A stretch of 64,000 nt of DNA from Ignavibacteriota bacterium. Lineage in GTDB: Bacteria > Bacteroidota > Ignavibacteria > UBA10030 > UBA6906. Under the pieces are notes generated by a model. That model did no database searches. It was not told where the DNA came from and saw only the letters and a program-made list of their open reading frames with translations. Location of the stretch: contig CAWDEM010000004.1 in NCBI GenBank assembly GCA_963801355.1, positions 1,216,001 through 1,280,000 of the forward strand. Direction: 5' to 3'. The stretch's first letter is position 1. Each line of letters starts with the position of its first letter. This document shows positions 9,546-18,746 of this stretch, piece after piece. The position numbers and the translations under genes were made by a program.

Positions 9546-10810
9546 AGAGGAAAGACTTTCTGACGGCGTGCATGGCGGGTCTTGTCGGCGGTGCGGTTGC
9601 CCCGCATCTGGCGCGGGCAACCCCGGTAACCCGGCCCCCCTGGCCGGCTACGAATACGAACGATGAGCGGTTCTGGGCATTTGTGCGTGACCAGTTCCCG
9701 CTTACCCGCGAGCGCGCGTACTTCAATACCGGCGGACTCGGGGCGTCTCCGTATGCGGTCATAGATGCGGTAAAGACGAAGATGGACGAGCTGGAGCGCA
9801 TGTCGGAAACGGGGCACTCCGAAGAGCTCTGGTGCGCGGTGAAAGGCAGTGCGGCGACGCTCCTGGGGTGCGATGCGGCCGAGCTGGCCTTCATGCGCAA
9901 CACGACGGAAGGCGTCAACGTTGTGGCGAACGGTCTGCCGTTTGCGGCGGGCGATGAGATCATCCTCACGACACACGAGCACGTGGGGAATGCATTGACC
10001 TGGATGCCCCTGGCGCGGCACAAGGGGTTGAGTCTCCGGCGCTTCGAACCGTCGACAACATCTGCAGAAGAGAATCTGGCCCGGATTGGCAAACTCCTGA
10101 CCCGCCGTACGCGGTTGATTTCTATTCCTCACATTGTGACCACCACGGGCCTGGTGCTGCCCGTGAAGGAGATCTGCACGCTGGCGCATACAAAAGGGAT
10201 CTGGTGCTTCCTTGACGGCGCCCAATCGGCCGGCATGATGCCGTTCAGTCTTCACGATATCGGTTGCGATGCGTACGCCACGAGCGGTCACAAATGGCTC
10301 CTGGGGCCAAAGGAGACCGGTCTGCTGTACGTGCGCAAAGATATGCAGGACACCATCGTGCCGATGTTTGTCGGCGCTTATTCAGCCGATTTTGATTTCC
10401 TGAAGGAAACCTACTCTTATGAAAAGAGCGCGCAGCGGTACGAGTACGGTACCGTCAGCGCGCCGTTGCGATACGGTTTGGGCGCAGGCATCGACTTTAT
10501 CCAGCGTATCGGGATTGAAGCCGTCTGGCAACGCGACCGTGCGCTGGCCGACCATCTGTACGAAGGGTTGCGAGCTATTCCCGGTGTCACCGTTCTGTCG
10601 CCTTCGTCGCCCGCCCTGCGCAGCGCAATGATCACATTCGTGCATGACCGGTTAGGGCACCTCGAGATGCAGAAGCACCTGGACACGTTGAATGTGCGTA
10701 CACGGAGTGTCACCGAGGGTGGACTCGCCGCATTGCGTGTCTCGACGCATCTGTACAATACGTTTGAAGAAGTTGACAAAGCGATTGCAGGCGTTCGCTC
10801 CGCCCCGTGA
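9542..10810 (+). CDS. Class V PLP enzyme (cysteine desulfurase/isopenicillin-N epimerase-like) with Tat-like signal
   Basis: MKRKDFL..ARA signal; YFNTGG, NTTEG, THEH, DGAQ, SGHKWLLGP, RVSTHLYN; ATGA overlap with upstream gene. Confidence 0.88.
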   Translation: MKRKDFLTACMAGLVGGAVAPHLARATPVTRPPWPATNTNDERFWAFVRDQFPLTRERAYFNTGGLGASPYAVIDAVKTKMDELERMSETGHSEELWCAVKGSAATLLGCDAAELAFMRNTTEGVNVVANGLPFAAGDEIILTTHEHVGNALTWMPLARHKGLSLRRFEPSTTSAEENLARIGKLLTRRTRLISIPHIVTTTGLVLPVKEICTLAHTKGIWCFLDGAQSAGMMPFSLHDIGCDAYATSGHKWLLGPKETGLLYVRKDMQDTIVPMFVGAYSADFDFLKETYSYEKSAQRYEYGTVSAPLRYGLGAGIDFIQRIGIEAVWQRDRALADHLYEGLRAIPGVTVLSPSSPALRSAMITFVHDRLGHLEMQKHLDTLNVRTRSVTEGGLAALRVSTHLYNTFEEVDKAIAGVRSAP

Positions 10811-10866
10811 CGTTTGAGTTCACGACCCCCAACACCACATTCACAACTTCGTCTGTTGGAGCGCAC

Positions 10867-12774
10867 ATGAAAGCTGTAAACACGTACGATTATCTTGTCA
10901 TCGGTGCCTACTTTCTGTTCATGCTCGGCATCGGTCTGTATTTCATGAAGGTCAACAAAGGTGCGAAAGAGTATTTTGCCGGGGGCAGCATGATCCCGTG
11001 GTGGGTATCCGGCATGACCCTGTATATGGGGAATTTCAGCGCATGGACATTCACCGGCGCGGCGGGTTTTGCCTATGCTACGGGGTGGTTTGCCATCTGT
11101 TACTTCGGGACCTGGTCGGTGTCGTATTTCTTCGGTTCGCTGCTCACTGCGTCAAAGTGGCGCAGGACACGATCGATCTCTCCGGTCGAATATACCAATA
11201 CGCGCTTCAACTTCACGACGCAGCAGTTCCTCAGTCTCGTCATCTCCCTGAACTTCACCCTGTCGGCGGGGGTGCAGCTCGCGGCGACATGCAAGCTTCT
11301 CGCGCCGGTGATGGCGCTCGATATCATCACCGTGACGGTGGTGACGGGCCTCGTCATCCTGGTGTACACGTTCATGGGCGGCCTCTGGGCCGTTTCCATC
11401 ACCGACGTCGTCCAGGGAGTGATCCTGTTGAGCATTACCTTCATTGTCATGCCCCTGGCACTCGGACTTGTCGGCGGGCCCCGGAATTTGATCGACGCGC
11501 TGCCGGCGCTCAGCTTCGACCATATGTACAACGGCGTGCACTACACTGAACACTGGCTCCTGTCAATATTCATCATCATGTGCCTCGGGACTGCATCGGG
11601 TGCCGCGCAACGGTTCTACAGCGTCAAAGATGAACGGGATGCAAAGCGGGTGGGAATGCTTGCGGGTGGGCTGTTCCTGACGGTTCCGTTCGTGTTTGGT
11701 GTGCCCCCGCTGGTGGCAAGCGTCATCTGGCCCGATCTCAGCCAGATCGATTTCTTTAAGCCGTATATCGGGAACAATCCGCAGGACCTGGTTTTCATCG
11801 GGTTGTGCCTGAAGCTTCTCCCCAACGGACTCATCGGCGTGTTTATCGCCGCCATGCTTGCTGCAACAATGAGCTCGCTCAGCTCGGTGTACAATATGGT
11901 TTCCTCGATTCTCACCCGGGATATCTACCAGGGATGGGTGCGGCCCGACAGTGATGACCGCCACCTCCTGAAGGTCGGGCGGTTGTTCTCGGTGGCGCTC
12001 GGACTCCTCGTTGTGGTTCTTGCCGTGATATTCATCACGAGCACGTTTGGCATATTTAATCTCATGCAGGCGTTCTTCACGCTGTTGAACATCCCGGTGA
12101 TCGTGCCGACGGCATTCGGCCTGATTTTCCGGCGCGTGCCGAAATGGTCCGCGGTGGGCGCCATTGCATGGGGATTGATCGTCGGTGTCACGACGCGCTA
12201 TGTGTTGGGGTGGGACATCGGTCCGCAGGTCTATATTGCGTTCGTCAGCAGCTTCGGCATCTTCGTCGGCTCGTATGCTCTCGGCAAGCTGTACGTCCGG
12301 AACAAGGCAGTGCTCGCAGTATTGTCGGCGTCGGTGATCTGCGCATATGCCGCAATCTATCTCTCGAGCTTGCCCGCCGGGACCGCAGGATGGCAGCAGA
12401 TCGTTGCGTTGGCAAGCGCACTGGTTCTCGGCGGCAGCGTCTTCGGTTTTGCCGCCCTCTTTGCCCGTGAAACACCGGCCCAGCGTGAGATCGTTGATGA
12501 GTTCTTCAAGAAGCTGGACACGCCCGTAGACGTGGCGAAGGAAGTCTTCGGCGCCGGGCGGAAGCAGATCTCTACATTTCCACTTGTCGGCGGTACGACA
12601 ATAGTTATGGGACTCCTGATGACGCTGATCTTCCTGACGGACCTCGACGGAAGCGAGCAGGTGATTCTCGGGATTATCGTGTTCATCATGATCCTCTTCG
12701 GAATCCTCATGTGGTACTTCGGGAAGAAATCGGAAATCCGCAGCGCAGCACAATATTCCGGGAATAAAGAATAA
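10867..12774 (+). CDS. Sodium:solute symporter (SSS) family transporter
   Basis: EYFAGG.IPWW, FSAWTF.G.AG, YTFMGGLWAVSITDVVQ, AQRFY, AATMSSLSS; many TM helices. Confidence 0.92.
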   Translation: MKAVNTYDYLVIGAYFLFMLGIGLYFMKVNKGAKEYFAGGSMIPWWVSGMTLYMGNFSAWTFTGAAGFAYATGWFAICYFGTWSVSYFFGSLLTASKWRRTRSISPVEYTNTRFNFTTQQFLSLVISLNFTLSAGVQLAATCKLLAPVMALDIITVTVVTGLVILVYTFMGGLWAVSITDVVQGVILLSITFIVMPLALGLVGGPRNLIDALPALSFDHMYNGVHYTEHWLLSIFIIMCLGTASGAAQRFYSVKDERDAKRVGMLAGGLFLTVPFVFGVPPLVASVIWPDLSQIDFFKPYIGNNPQDLVFIGLCLKLLPNGLIGVFIAAMLAATMSSLSSVYNMVSSILTRDIYQGWVRPDSDDRHLLKVGRLFSVALGLLVVVLAVIFITSTFGIFNLMQAFFTLLNIPVIVPTAFGLIFRRVPKWSAVGAIAWGLIVGVTTRYVLGWDIGPQVYIAFVSSFGIFVGSYALGKLYVRNKAVLAVLSASVICAYAAIYLSSLPAGTAGWQQIVALASALVLGGSVFGFAALFARETPAQREIVDEFFKKLDTPVDVAKEVFGAGRKQISTFPLVGGTTIVMGLLMTLIFLTDLDGSEQVILGIIVFIMILFGILMWYFGKKSEIRSAAQYSGNKE

Positions 12775-12782
12775 ACCGTCTG

Positions 12783-14066
12783 ATGCGCGTACATCTTGCA
12801 TACGGACGGTCGGGATTGGACGTTGACATTCCCGACCGCAATCTTGCGGGCGTGCTGTCCATGCCCGGAGCACCTGTCATCGCGCATCCCGAAAGGGATG
12901 TACGGCAGAGCCTCGAGCGGCCGCGGGGAGGAAAGCCTCTCCGCGAACTTGCCGCCGGAAAGAAGTCGGCATGCATCGTGGTGTGCGACATCACGCGGCC
13001 GGTGCCAAACGCTCTCCTCGTGCCCGCACTGCTGGACGCGTTGGCCGACGGCGGGGTGCCGCGGGAACGGACAACGATTCTCGTGGCAACCGGATTACAC
13101 CGCCCGAGCAGCCCCGAGGAGCTGCGGCAGATGCTGGGAGAAGACATCCTCCGCACCTGCCGTATCGTCAATCATCGCGCCCGCATCCCCGCAGAGCAGA
13201 AGGCGCTTGGCCCGACACCGGGAGGTGTTCCCGTGTACATTGACCGGGAGTACTGTGCAGCCGACTTGAAAATCACGACCGGGTTTATTGAACCCCACCT
13301 GATGGCGGGGTTTTCGGGCGGAAGGAAGCTCATTGCTCCGGGTTGTGCAGGCGAAGAGACCATCAAAGCGTTGCACAGCCCGCGGTTCATTGAACATCCG
13401 CGCTGCCGGGAGGGAATCATCGAAGGAAATCCCCTCCATGAGGAGCTCCTTGCTATCGCGCGGATGGCGGGACATGATTTCATTCTGAATGTCTCGCTTG
13501 ATGCGGATCGGCGAATGACGGGCGTCTTTGCCGGCGACCCGGTGGACGCACATACGGCGGGTGTCGCGCATGTCCGCGAAGCCGTCTCGGCGTTTGTCCG
13601 CGAGCCCGTGGACATCGTGGTGACCACATCGGCGGGCTATCCGCTGGATTTGACCCTGTACCAGGCGGTCAAGGGTTTGACCGCGGCGGCGCCGATCCTG
13701 AAAAAGGGGGGAATGCTTATCCTTGCCGCCGCATGCACCGAGGGTCTCGGCAGCGAGGAATTCGCCGGAATGGCGACAGGCTATGCTTCACCGGAGGAGT
13801 TCCTGTCCAGCCTGCAACATCACCCTGTGCGCGTGGACCAATGGCAGCTGGAGGAATGTGCGCGGATTGCCCGGGATGCGGAGATCGTCCTTGTGTCGGA
13901 GGGAATACCGGCGGAACAGCGGGATCGTTTGTTCGTGCGTTCGGCACCGGCCGTCGGAGCGGAGGTCGCTGCGGGGATCGCGCGTTTTGGACCCCAGACA
14001 CGCGTGGCGGTGATTCCGAAGGGCCCGTACACGCTCGTTGGCATTGAACCCCGTCGTCCGGCGTGA
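12783..14066 (+). CDS. larA: Nickel-pincer-dependent lactate racemase family (2-hydroxyacid racemase/epimerase)
   Basis: DITRPVPN, ATGLHRP, EPHLMAGFSGGRK, GYPLD.TLYQAVKG. Confidence 0.9.
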   Translation: MRVHLAYGRSGLDVDIPDRNLAGVLSMPGAPVIAHPERDVRQSLERPRGGKPLRELAAGKKSACIVVCDITRPVPNALLVPALLDALADGGVPRERTTILVATGLHRPSSPEELRQMLGEDILRTCRIVNHRARIPAEQKALGPTPGGVPVYIDREYCAADLKITTGFIEPHLMAGFSGGRKLIAPGCAGEETIKALHSPRFIEHPRCREGIIEGNPLHEELLAIARMAGHDFILNVSLDADRRMTGVFAGDPVDAHTAGVAHVREAVSAFVREPVDIVVTTSAGYPLDLTLYQAVKGLTAAAPILKKGGMLILAAACTEGLGSEEFAGMATGYASPEEFLSSLQHHPVRVDQWQLEECARIARDAEIVLVSEGIPAEQRDRLFVRSAPAVGAEVAAGIARFGPQTRVAVIPKGPYTLVGIEPRRPA

Positions 14067-14088
14067 GGCGAGCCCGGCCGGCGGGGTA

Positions 14089-14125
14089 TTGTATCTATGC
14101 ACTAATTAAACGATATTTTATGTGC
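14089..14125 (+). promoter_or_regulatory. AT-rich candidate promoter/operator upstream of IclR
   Basis: Conspicuous AT-rich gap inside the + strand cluster: TTGTAT at 14089, TATTTT at 14114 (non-canonical spacing), flanked by GCAC...GTGC. Confidence 0.35.
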
Positions 14126-14139
14126 TAAACAGGGGTACT

Positions 14140-14934
14140 ATGCCGAACGAGTACACTGTCCCCGCCGTTCAGCGCGCAGTGGAAGTGCTCGAACTGCTCG
14201 CCGGGTCCCACACGGGAATCTCCCTGGCCGATTTGTCGCGAAAGACCGGATATCCCAAGAGCTCGCTGTTCAGGATCCTCCTCACTCTGGAGAAGGCATC
14301 CATCGTGCAGCTCGATCGTACCCGCAGCATCTTCACGCTGGGGATGAAGCTGATCGATTGGGGGAACCGTGCGCTGGAGAAGATCGACCTGAAGACTGTG
14401 ACCCATCCCCATCTCGTGCGCATGGCAGATGAGACGCGCGAGAGCTACTACGTTGCCATCCTTGAAGATAACGAAGTGATCATTGTTGACCGTGCCGACA
14501 CCCCCGAGATCTGGCGGATGGTCGCCCGGCTGGGCCAGCGCTCGCCCGTCCACGCCACAGCTTCGGGCCAGGTACTGTTGGCCGAAGCCGATGACGAGAT
14601 GCTCCGGGCCGCCATTCAACGCCGGGGCCTGAAGCGTTATACGCCCCAGACGATCACCAGTCTGTCCCGCCTCAAAAACCGGTTCAAGGAAATCCGGAGG
14701 GACGGTTTCGTCATCAATGATGCCGAGTACAAGCCCGACCTCTGCGTTCTCGCAGTGCCGCTTCGGGATCACTACGGCAAAATCGTTGCGGCGCTGATGA
14801 CCGCACTTCAGTCCGAACGGGCCCGGCGCAACAGATCCCTGCTGCTGTCGATTGTTGAGATTCTCAAACGCGAAGGGGCCGTCATTTCCAGAGAACTCGG
14901 TTATCAGGAGCCGCACCATGAAAGCACTGCATGA
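14140..14934 (+). CDS. IclR family transcriptional regulator
   Basis: VPAVQRAVEVLELL, HTH PKSSLFRILLTL, HATASG effector-domain motif. Confidence 0.93.
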   Translation: MPNEYTVPAVQRAVEVLELLAGSHTGISLADLSRKTGYPKSSLFRILLTLEKASIVQLDRTRSIFTLGMKLIDWGNRALEKIDLKTVTHPHLVRMADETRESYYVAILEDNEVIIVDRADTPEIWRMVARLGQRSPVHATASGQVLLAEADDEMLRAAIQRRGLKRYTPQTITSLSRLKNRFKEIRRDGFVINDAEYKPDLCVLAVPLRDHYGKIVAALMTALQSERARRNRSLLLSIVEILKREGAVISRELGYQEPHHESTA

Positions 14935-15736
14935 ACTTGCCCTTGGCATTGTCAGCGACGAAATCGCCCTGGATTTTCCTACCGCGTTACGCCACGGGCT
15001 GCAGTGGGGCATTACACGTTACGAGCTGCGCTGCCTCATAAGCGGACGTGTGCCGCGGGTGGAACCCCGCGAGATCGACGCGGTCATCTCCCTCGTGAAA
15101 CAGGAAGGGGTGCGTGTGACCGCGTTGTCCCCGGGGATGTTCAAGGCGCACCTTGCGGACACGGCCACCATCGAGGACGAATTCCGCAACGTGCTGCCGG
15201 CAACGCTGGATCTCGCCGCACGCCTGGACTCCCGTATGATCATCGTCTTCGGATTCCAGCGGGAAGCAGGCGAGTCCCCGGAAAACTTCCACCGCGCCGT
15301 GGAGTACATGCACCGTGCCGCCGAGCTGGTGCACAAGAGCGGCATCCGCCTTGCCATTGAAAACGAACCCGGCTTCTGGTGCGACACGGGAAAGAATACA
15401 CACGCGCTGATCACGGCCGTCGGCCATACCGCGCTCGGTGCCAACTGGGATCCCTGTAACGCCTACGGTACGGATGAGACGCCGTTTCCGACAGGCTATG
15501 AAGCCGTGAAGAATGTGATCATCAATGTCCACGCAAAAGATACGACCAAAGGATCCCTGATCCAGTGTGTGCCCATCGGCACCGGAGCGCTTGACTGGAA
15601 AGGCCAGGTCCAGGCGCTGCTCCACGACAACATTGTCAAGCATATCACCATCGAGACGCACTGTCACCCGCTGATAGAGAATTCCAGACACAACGCAGAA
15701 ATCCTTCGCAGCTATATGCAACCGCCACTTGTGTGA
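14918..15736 (+). CDS. Sugar phosphate isomerase/epimerase (xylose-isomerase-like TIM barrel)
   Basis: IVSDEI, IENE, WDPCN, VHAKD, IETH metal ligands. Confidence 0.85.
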   Translation: MKALHELALGIVSDEIALDFPTALRHGLQWGITRYELRCLISGRVPRVEPREIDAVISLVKQEGVRVTALSPGMFKAHLADTATIEDEFRNVLPATLDLAARLDSRMIIVFGFQREAGESPENFHRAVEYMHRAAELVHKSGIRLAIENEPGFWCDTGKNTHALITAVGHTALGANWDPCNAYGTDETPFPTGYEAVKNVIINVHAKDTTKGSLIQCVPIGTGALDWKGQVQALLHDNIVKHITIETHCHPLIENSRHNAEILRSYMQPPLV

Positions 15737-15743
15737 GTCGATC

Positions 15744-15842
15744 GTGAACAACTCAAGACGCACGTTTCTCCAACGGACCGCCACCGTCGCGGCCGGTCTG
15801 TCGATCGCCCGCTCCGGCGATATTCCCGAGGTCACACTATGA
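15744..15842 (+). pseudogene. 32-codon ORF encoding an orphan twin-arginine signal peptide (gene relic or small peptide)
   Basis: GTG..TGA translates MNNSRRTFLQRTATVAAGLSIARSGDIPEVTL*; too short for the ORF track. Confidence 0.55.
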
Positions 15843-15873
15843 CGTCATGTCATGAGCACTCTAAGGTCACACA

Positions 15874-17121
15874 ATGAAACCATCCGACAGGCACTTTGAA
15901 GAGGCGCTGCGTCTCATTCCCTGGGGGACGCAGACGAATGCAAAGCGACCCTACGATGCATTCAATGAGACCATGCCCAAATTCATCGTGCGCGGCAAGG
16001 GATGCCGCCTCTGGGACATGGAGGGGAAGGAGTACATCGATTTCCGCCTGGCCCTCGGGCCCGTCACGCTCGGCTACTGTTACGATGAAGTGGATGATGC
16101 GGTGCGGTCCCAGATGGCCAACGGCGTTCTGTTCAGCATGGCAAGCCCCATCGAGCTGGATCTGGCGCGGCTGATCAACGAGATGGTGCCGAATGCGGAG
16201 ATGGTCCGATTCATGAAGACCGGGGAGGATGCAAACTCCTGCAACATCCGCATCGCCCGCGCCTATACCGGACGCGACATGATCCTTATGAGCGGCTACC
16301 ACGGGTACGCCGACTGGTTTGCCACCGGAGACAGCCCCAACAACGGCGTTCCCGAGGTCTTGAAGGAGTATGTCAAGATCATTCCATGGGGCGACTGCGA
16401 AGAGGCGGAGCGATTGATCCGGCTCTACGGGGAGCGTCTGGCATGCGTGATCTCGATTCCCTACGATTTCAACGAAGACACTAGCGGGAAGTATCTCCGT
16501 CATCTCCGTGCCCTGACGACGGAATACGGAATCCTGTTGGTGATGGACGAGATCCTGACTGGATTCCGGCTGGCACCGGGAGGAGCACAGGAGTTTTTCG
16601 GCGTGAATGCGGATCTCGCCGGATATGCGAAGGCGCTGGCCAACGGGTATCCACTTTCCACGTATGTCGGGCGGCGAAAGTATATGGAGACGTTGTACCG
16701 TTTTAAAATGACCACGACCTATGCCGGGGAGGCACTCTCCATTGCAGCCGCCATCGCCACGCTCAGGATCATGAAGCGGGAGAAAGTGCACGAGCATCTG
16801 CGCGCGATGGGGACGCGATTGATGAAAGGACTGGACCGCATTGCGCGCGAGGCGGGCGTGGAAGCCACCGCGGCGGGCCTGCCTGTGGGATCCTTCCTGA
16901 AGTTCTCCGGCCCCGACAGCGGATATCATGACCGCCTTGAATTTCTCTGGCAGCGTGAACTGTACCGTGAGGGGATTTTTGCGAATCCCCGCTGGTTCAT
17001 TTCCTATTCGCACAAGGCGCAGGATATCGATGAGGCACTGGACAGAGCCGGTCGCGCGCTGCGGCGTGCGCTCGATGCCGAAGTCCGGGAACGGTCAACC
17101 GTCAAACCATTCTGGTGGTAA
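15874..17121 (+). CDS. Class III aminotransferase (glutamate-1-semialdehyde aminomutase-like)
   Basis: GKGCRLWDMEGKEYID, KTGEDA, GYHG, MDEILTGFR, AKALANGYPLS. Confidence 0.9.
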   Translation: MKPSDRHFEEALRLIPWGTQTNAKRPYDAFNETMPKFIVRGKGCRLWDMEGKEYIDFRLALGPVTLGYCYDEVDDAVRSQMANGVLFSMASPIELDLARLINEMVPNAEMVRFMKTGEDANSCNIRIARAYTGRDMILMSGYHGYADWFATGDSPNNGVPEVLKEYVKIIPWGDCEEAERLIRLYGERLACVISIPYDFNEDTSGKYLRHLRALTTEYGILLVMDEILTGFRLAPGGAQEFFGVNADLAGYAKALANGYPLSTYVGRRKYMETLYRFKMTTTYAGEALSIAAAIATLRIMKREKVHEHLRAMGTRLMKGLDRIAREAGVEATAAGLPVGSFLKFSGPDSGYHDRLEFLWQRELYREGIFANPRWFISYSHKAQDIDEALDRAGRALRRALDAEVRERSTVKPFWW

Positions 17122-17123
17122 AC

Positions 17124-18746
17124 ATGAACGGACGCGTATATTTTGATTGCTCGGCCATGATCGGTAGACGGGGCCCGAAGGACCAGGAGACCCGCTACGC
17201 AACAGAAGACCTTCTCGAAGAAATGGAATGGTGCGGCATTCACGGCGCACTGGTGGCACATTGGCTGGGGAAGGAATATGATCCGGCGTACAGCAACCGG
17301 ATACTCCTCAAAGAATTGAAGAAGAGTCCGCGGCTGCACGGCGTCTGGTCTGTGATGCCGCATCAGACGGGAGAGATGCTCCCTCCGCGGGATCTGATGA
17401 AGGAGATGCGCGACCATGGCATCCGGGCGGCAAAGATGTATCCGCGTACACACCACTACCCCTTCAGCGAGGACTTCTGCGGCGAATTGCTTTCCGCGTT
17501 CGAAGAGGAAGACATCCTCCTGATGGTCGAGGGTGGCGCAATGTACCATCCCGACATCTTTGATGCATTCAACCAGGTACTGCTGACGGAGCTGGATGCG
17601 GCCCTGAGTCGCCATCCGCGTCTGCACGTTCTCCTGCAGGGTTCCCGCTGGGAAGCAACACGGTATCTGTATCCTCTCATGGCCAAGCACCCGCATCTGT
17701 GCCTCGAATTCTCAAACCACCAGGCCAACCGCGCGCTTGAGGTGTATGCAGGCTGGTTCGGTGCGGAGCGTTTGCTGCTCGGCACCGGGGCGCTCGACAA
17801 ATCCATGGGAGCGGCAAAAGCATTTGTCGACTACTGCACGCTCACCGGGGAACAGAAAGACCTTGTGGCCGGCAAGAATCTTGCCCGGTTGTTGCACCTC
17901 GAATCCATGCCCGGTTCCTACCGGCCGCAGCCTGTGCGCGATCCGATACTCCGCACGGCGAAAGCCGGCGCACCGCTCCGTGACGTGCTGGTTATCGACG
18001 CGCACGCACACATCTCCCATGACGGCGCCCACGGAACGGGCTTCATGCATCAACCATTCTCCGATGCCGCCTCGATGTTCGAGCGGGCACGGACGATGGG
18101 CATTTCATCCATGTGCATCAGCTCCTGGATCGGTGTCTGGGCCGACTACGAGAAGGGGAACGAGGTCGTGCACGATGCCATGAAGCGGTATCCCAAATTC
18201 TACCACGGGTATGCAACTCTGCAACCCCAGTACGTCAAGGACTGGAAGCGCGAGCTCGCAAAGGTACATGGCCGGTATCGCATGGGCGGATTGAAACCCT
18301 ATTTCCCGCGGACCGGGCTCCCGTACAGTCATGCGGGCTGGGCTCCCTGGTTTGACTACGGCAACCGGCACCGGTGCTATACACTGATTCATCCCTCCGA
18401 TAATTTCGTGGCCGACATGAACGCGCTCATACCGCGCTATCCCGAGATGCACTTCATTCTGGCACACCAGGGCGGTTCGTTCGGCGCGGCCCGCGATGGG
18501 ATCGAGATCGCCACGAAGTTCCCCAACGTATCACTCGAGATTACATTGACCAGCGTGACCTATCGCGTCATCGAATTCATGGTGGAGCATATCGGTGCGG
18601 AACGCGTGCTGTTCGGCACAGATCAACCGATGCGCGATCCCATTCCACAATTCGGCTGGGTTGCATACTCACACTGCACTCCGGCCCAGAAGCGCCGGAT
18701 CTTCGGGGAAAATATGCGCAAGATCCAGCGGCGCGTCCGGTGGTAA
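17124..18746 (+). CDS. Amidohydrolase family protein with two tandem TIM-barrel domains
   Basis: Domain 1 FDCSAMIG...ERLLLGT; domain 2 IDAHAH, LAHQG, ERVLFGTDQP. Confidence 0.82.
   Translation: MNGRVYFDCSAMIGRRGPKDQETRYATEDLLEEMEWCGIHGALVAHWLGKEYDPAYSNRILLKELKKSPRLHGVWSVMPHQTGEMLPPRDLMKEMRDHGIRAAKMYPRTHHYPFSEDFCGELLSAFEEEDILLMVEGGAMYHPDIFDAFNQVLLTELDAALSRHPRLHVLLQGSRWEATRYLYPLMAKHPHLCLEFSNHQANRALEVYAGWFGAERLLLGTGALDKSMGAAKAFVDYCTLTGEQKDLVAGKNLARLLHLESMPGSYRPQPVRDPILRTAKAGAPLRDVLVIDAHAHISHDGAHGTGFMHQPFSDAASMFERARTMGISSMCISSWIGVWADYEKGNEVVHDAMKRYPKFYHGYATLQPQYVKDWKRELAKVHGRYRMGGLKPYFPRTGLPYSHAGWAPWFDYGNRHRCYTLIHPSDNFVADMNALIPRYPEMHFILAHQGGSFGAARDGIEIATKFPNVSLEITLTSVTYRVIEFMVEHIGAERVLFGTDQPMRDPIPQFGWVAYSHCTPAQKRRIFGENMRKIQRRVRW

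Noticed and set aside
10807-10866. Thr-rich N-terminal extension or leader peptide of the SSS transporter from GTG 10807
   Set aside because: ATG 10867 has a GGAG SD and gives a normal SSS N-terminus; no attenuator structure seen
15874-17121. hemL, with the URO-D proteins as hemE (tetrapyrrole pathway)
   Set aside because: No other hem genes; the URO-D proteins carry methyltransferase-type metal motifs and the context is catabolic
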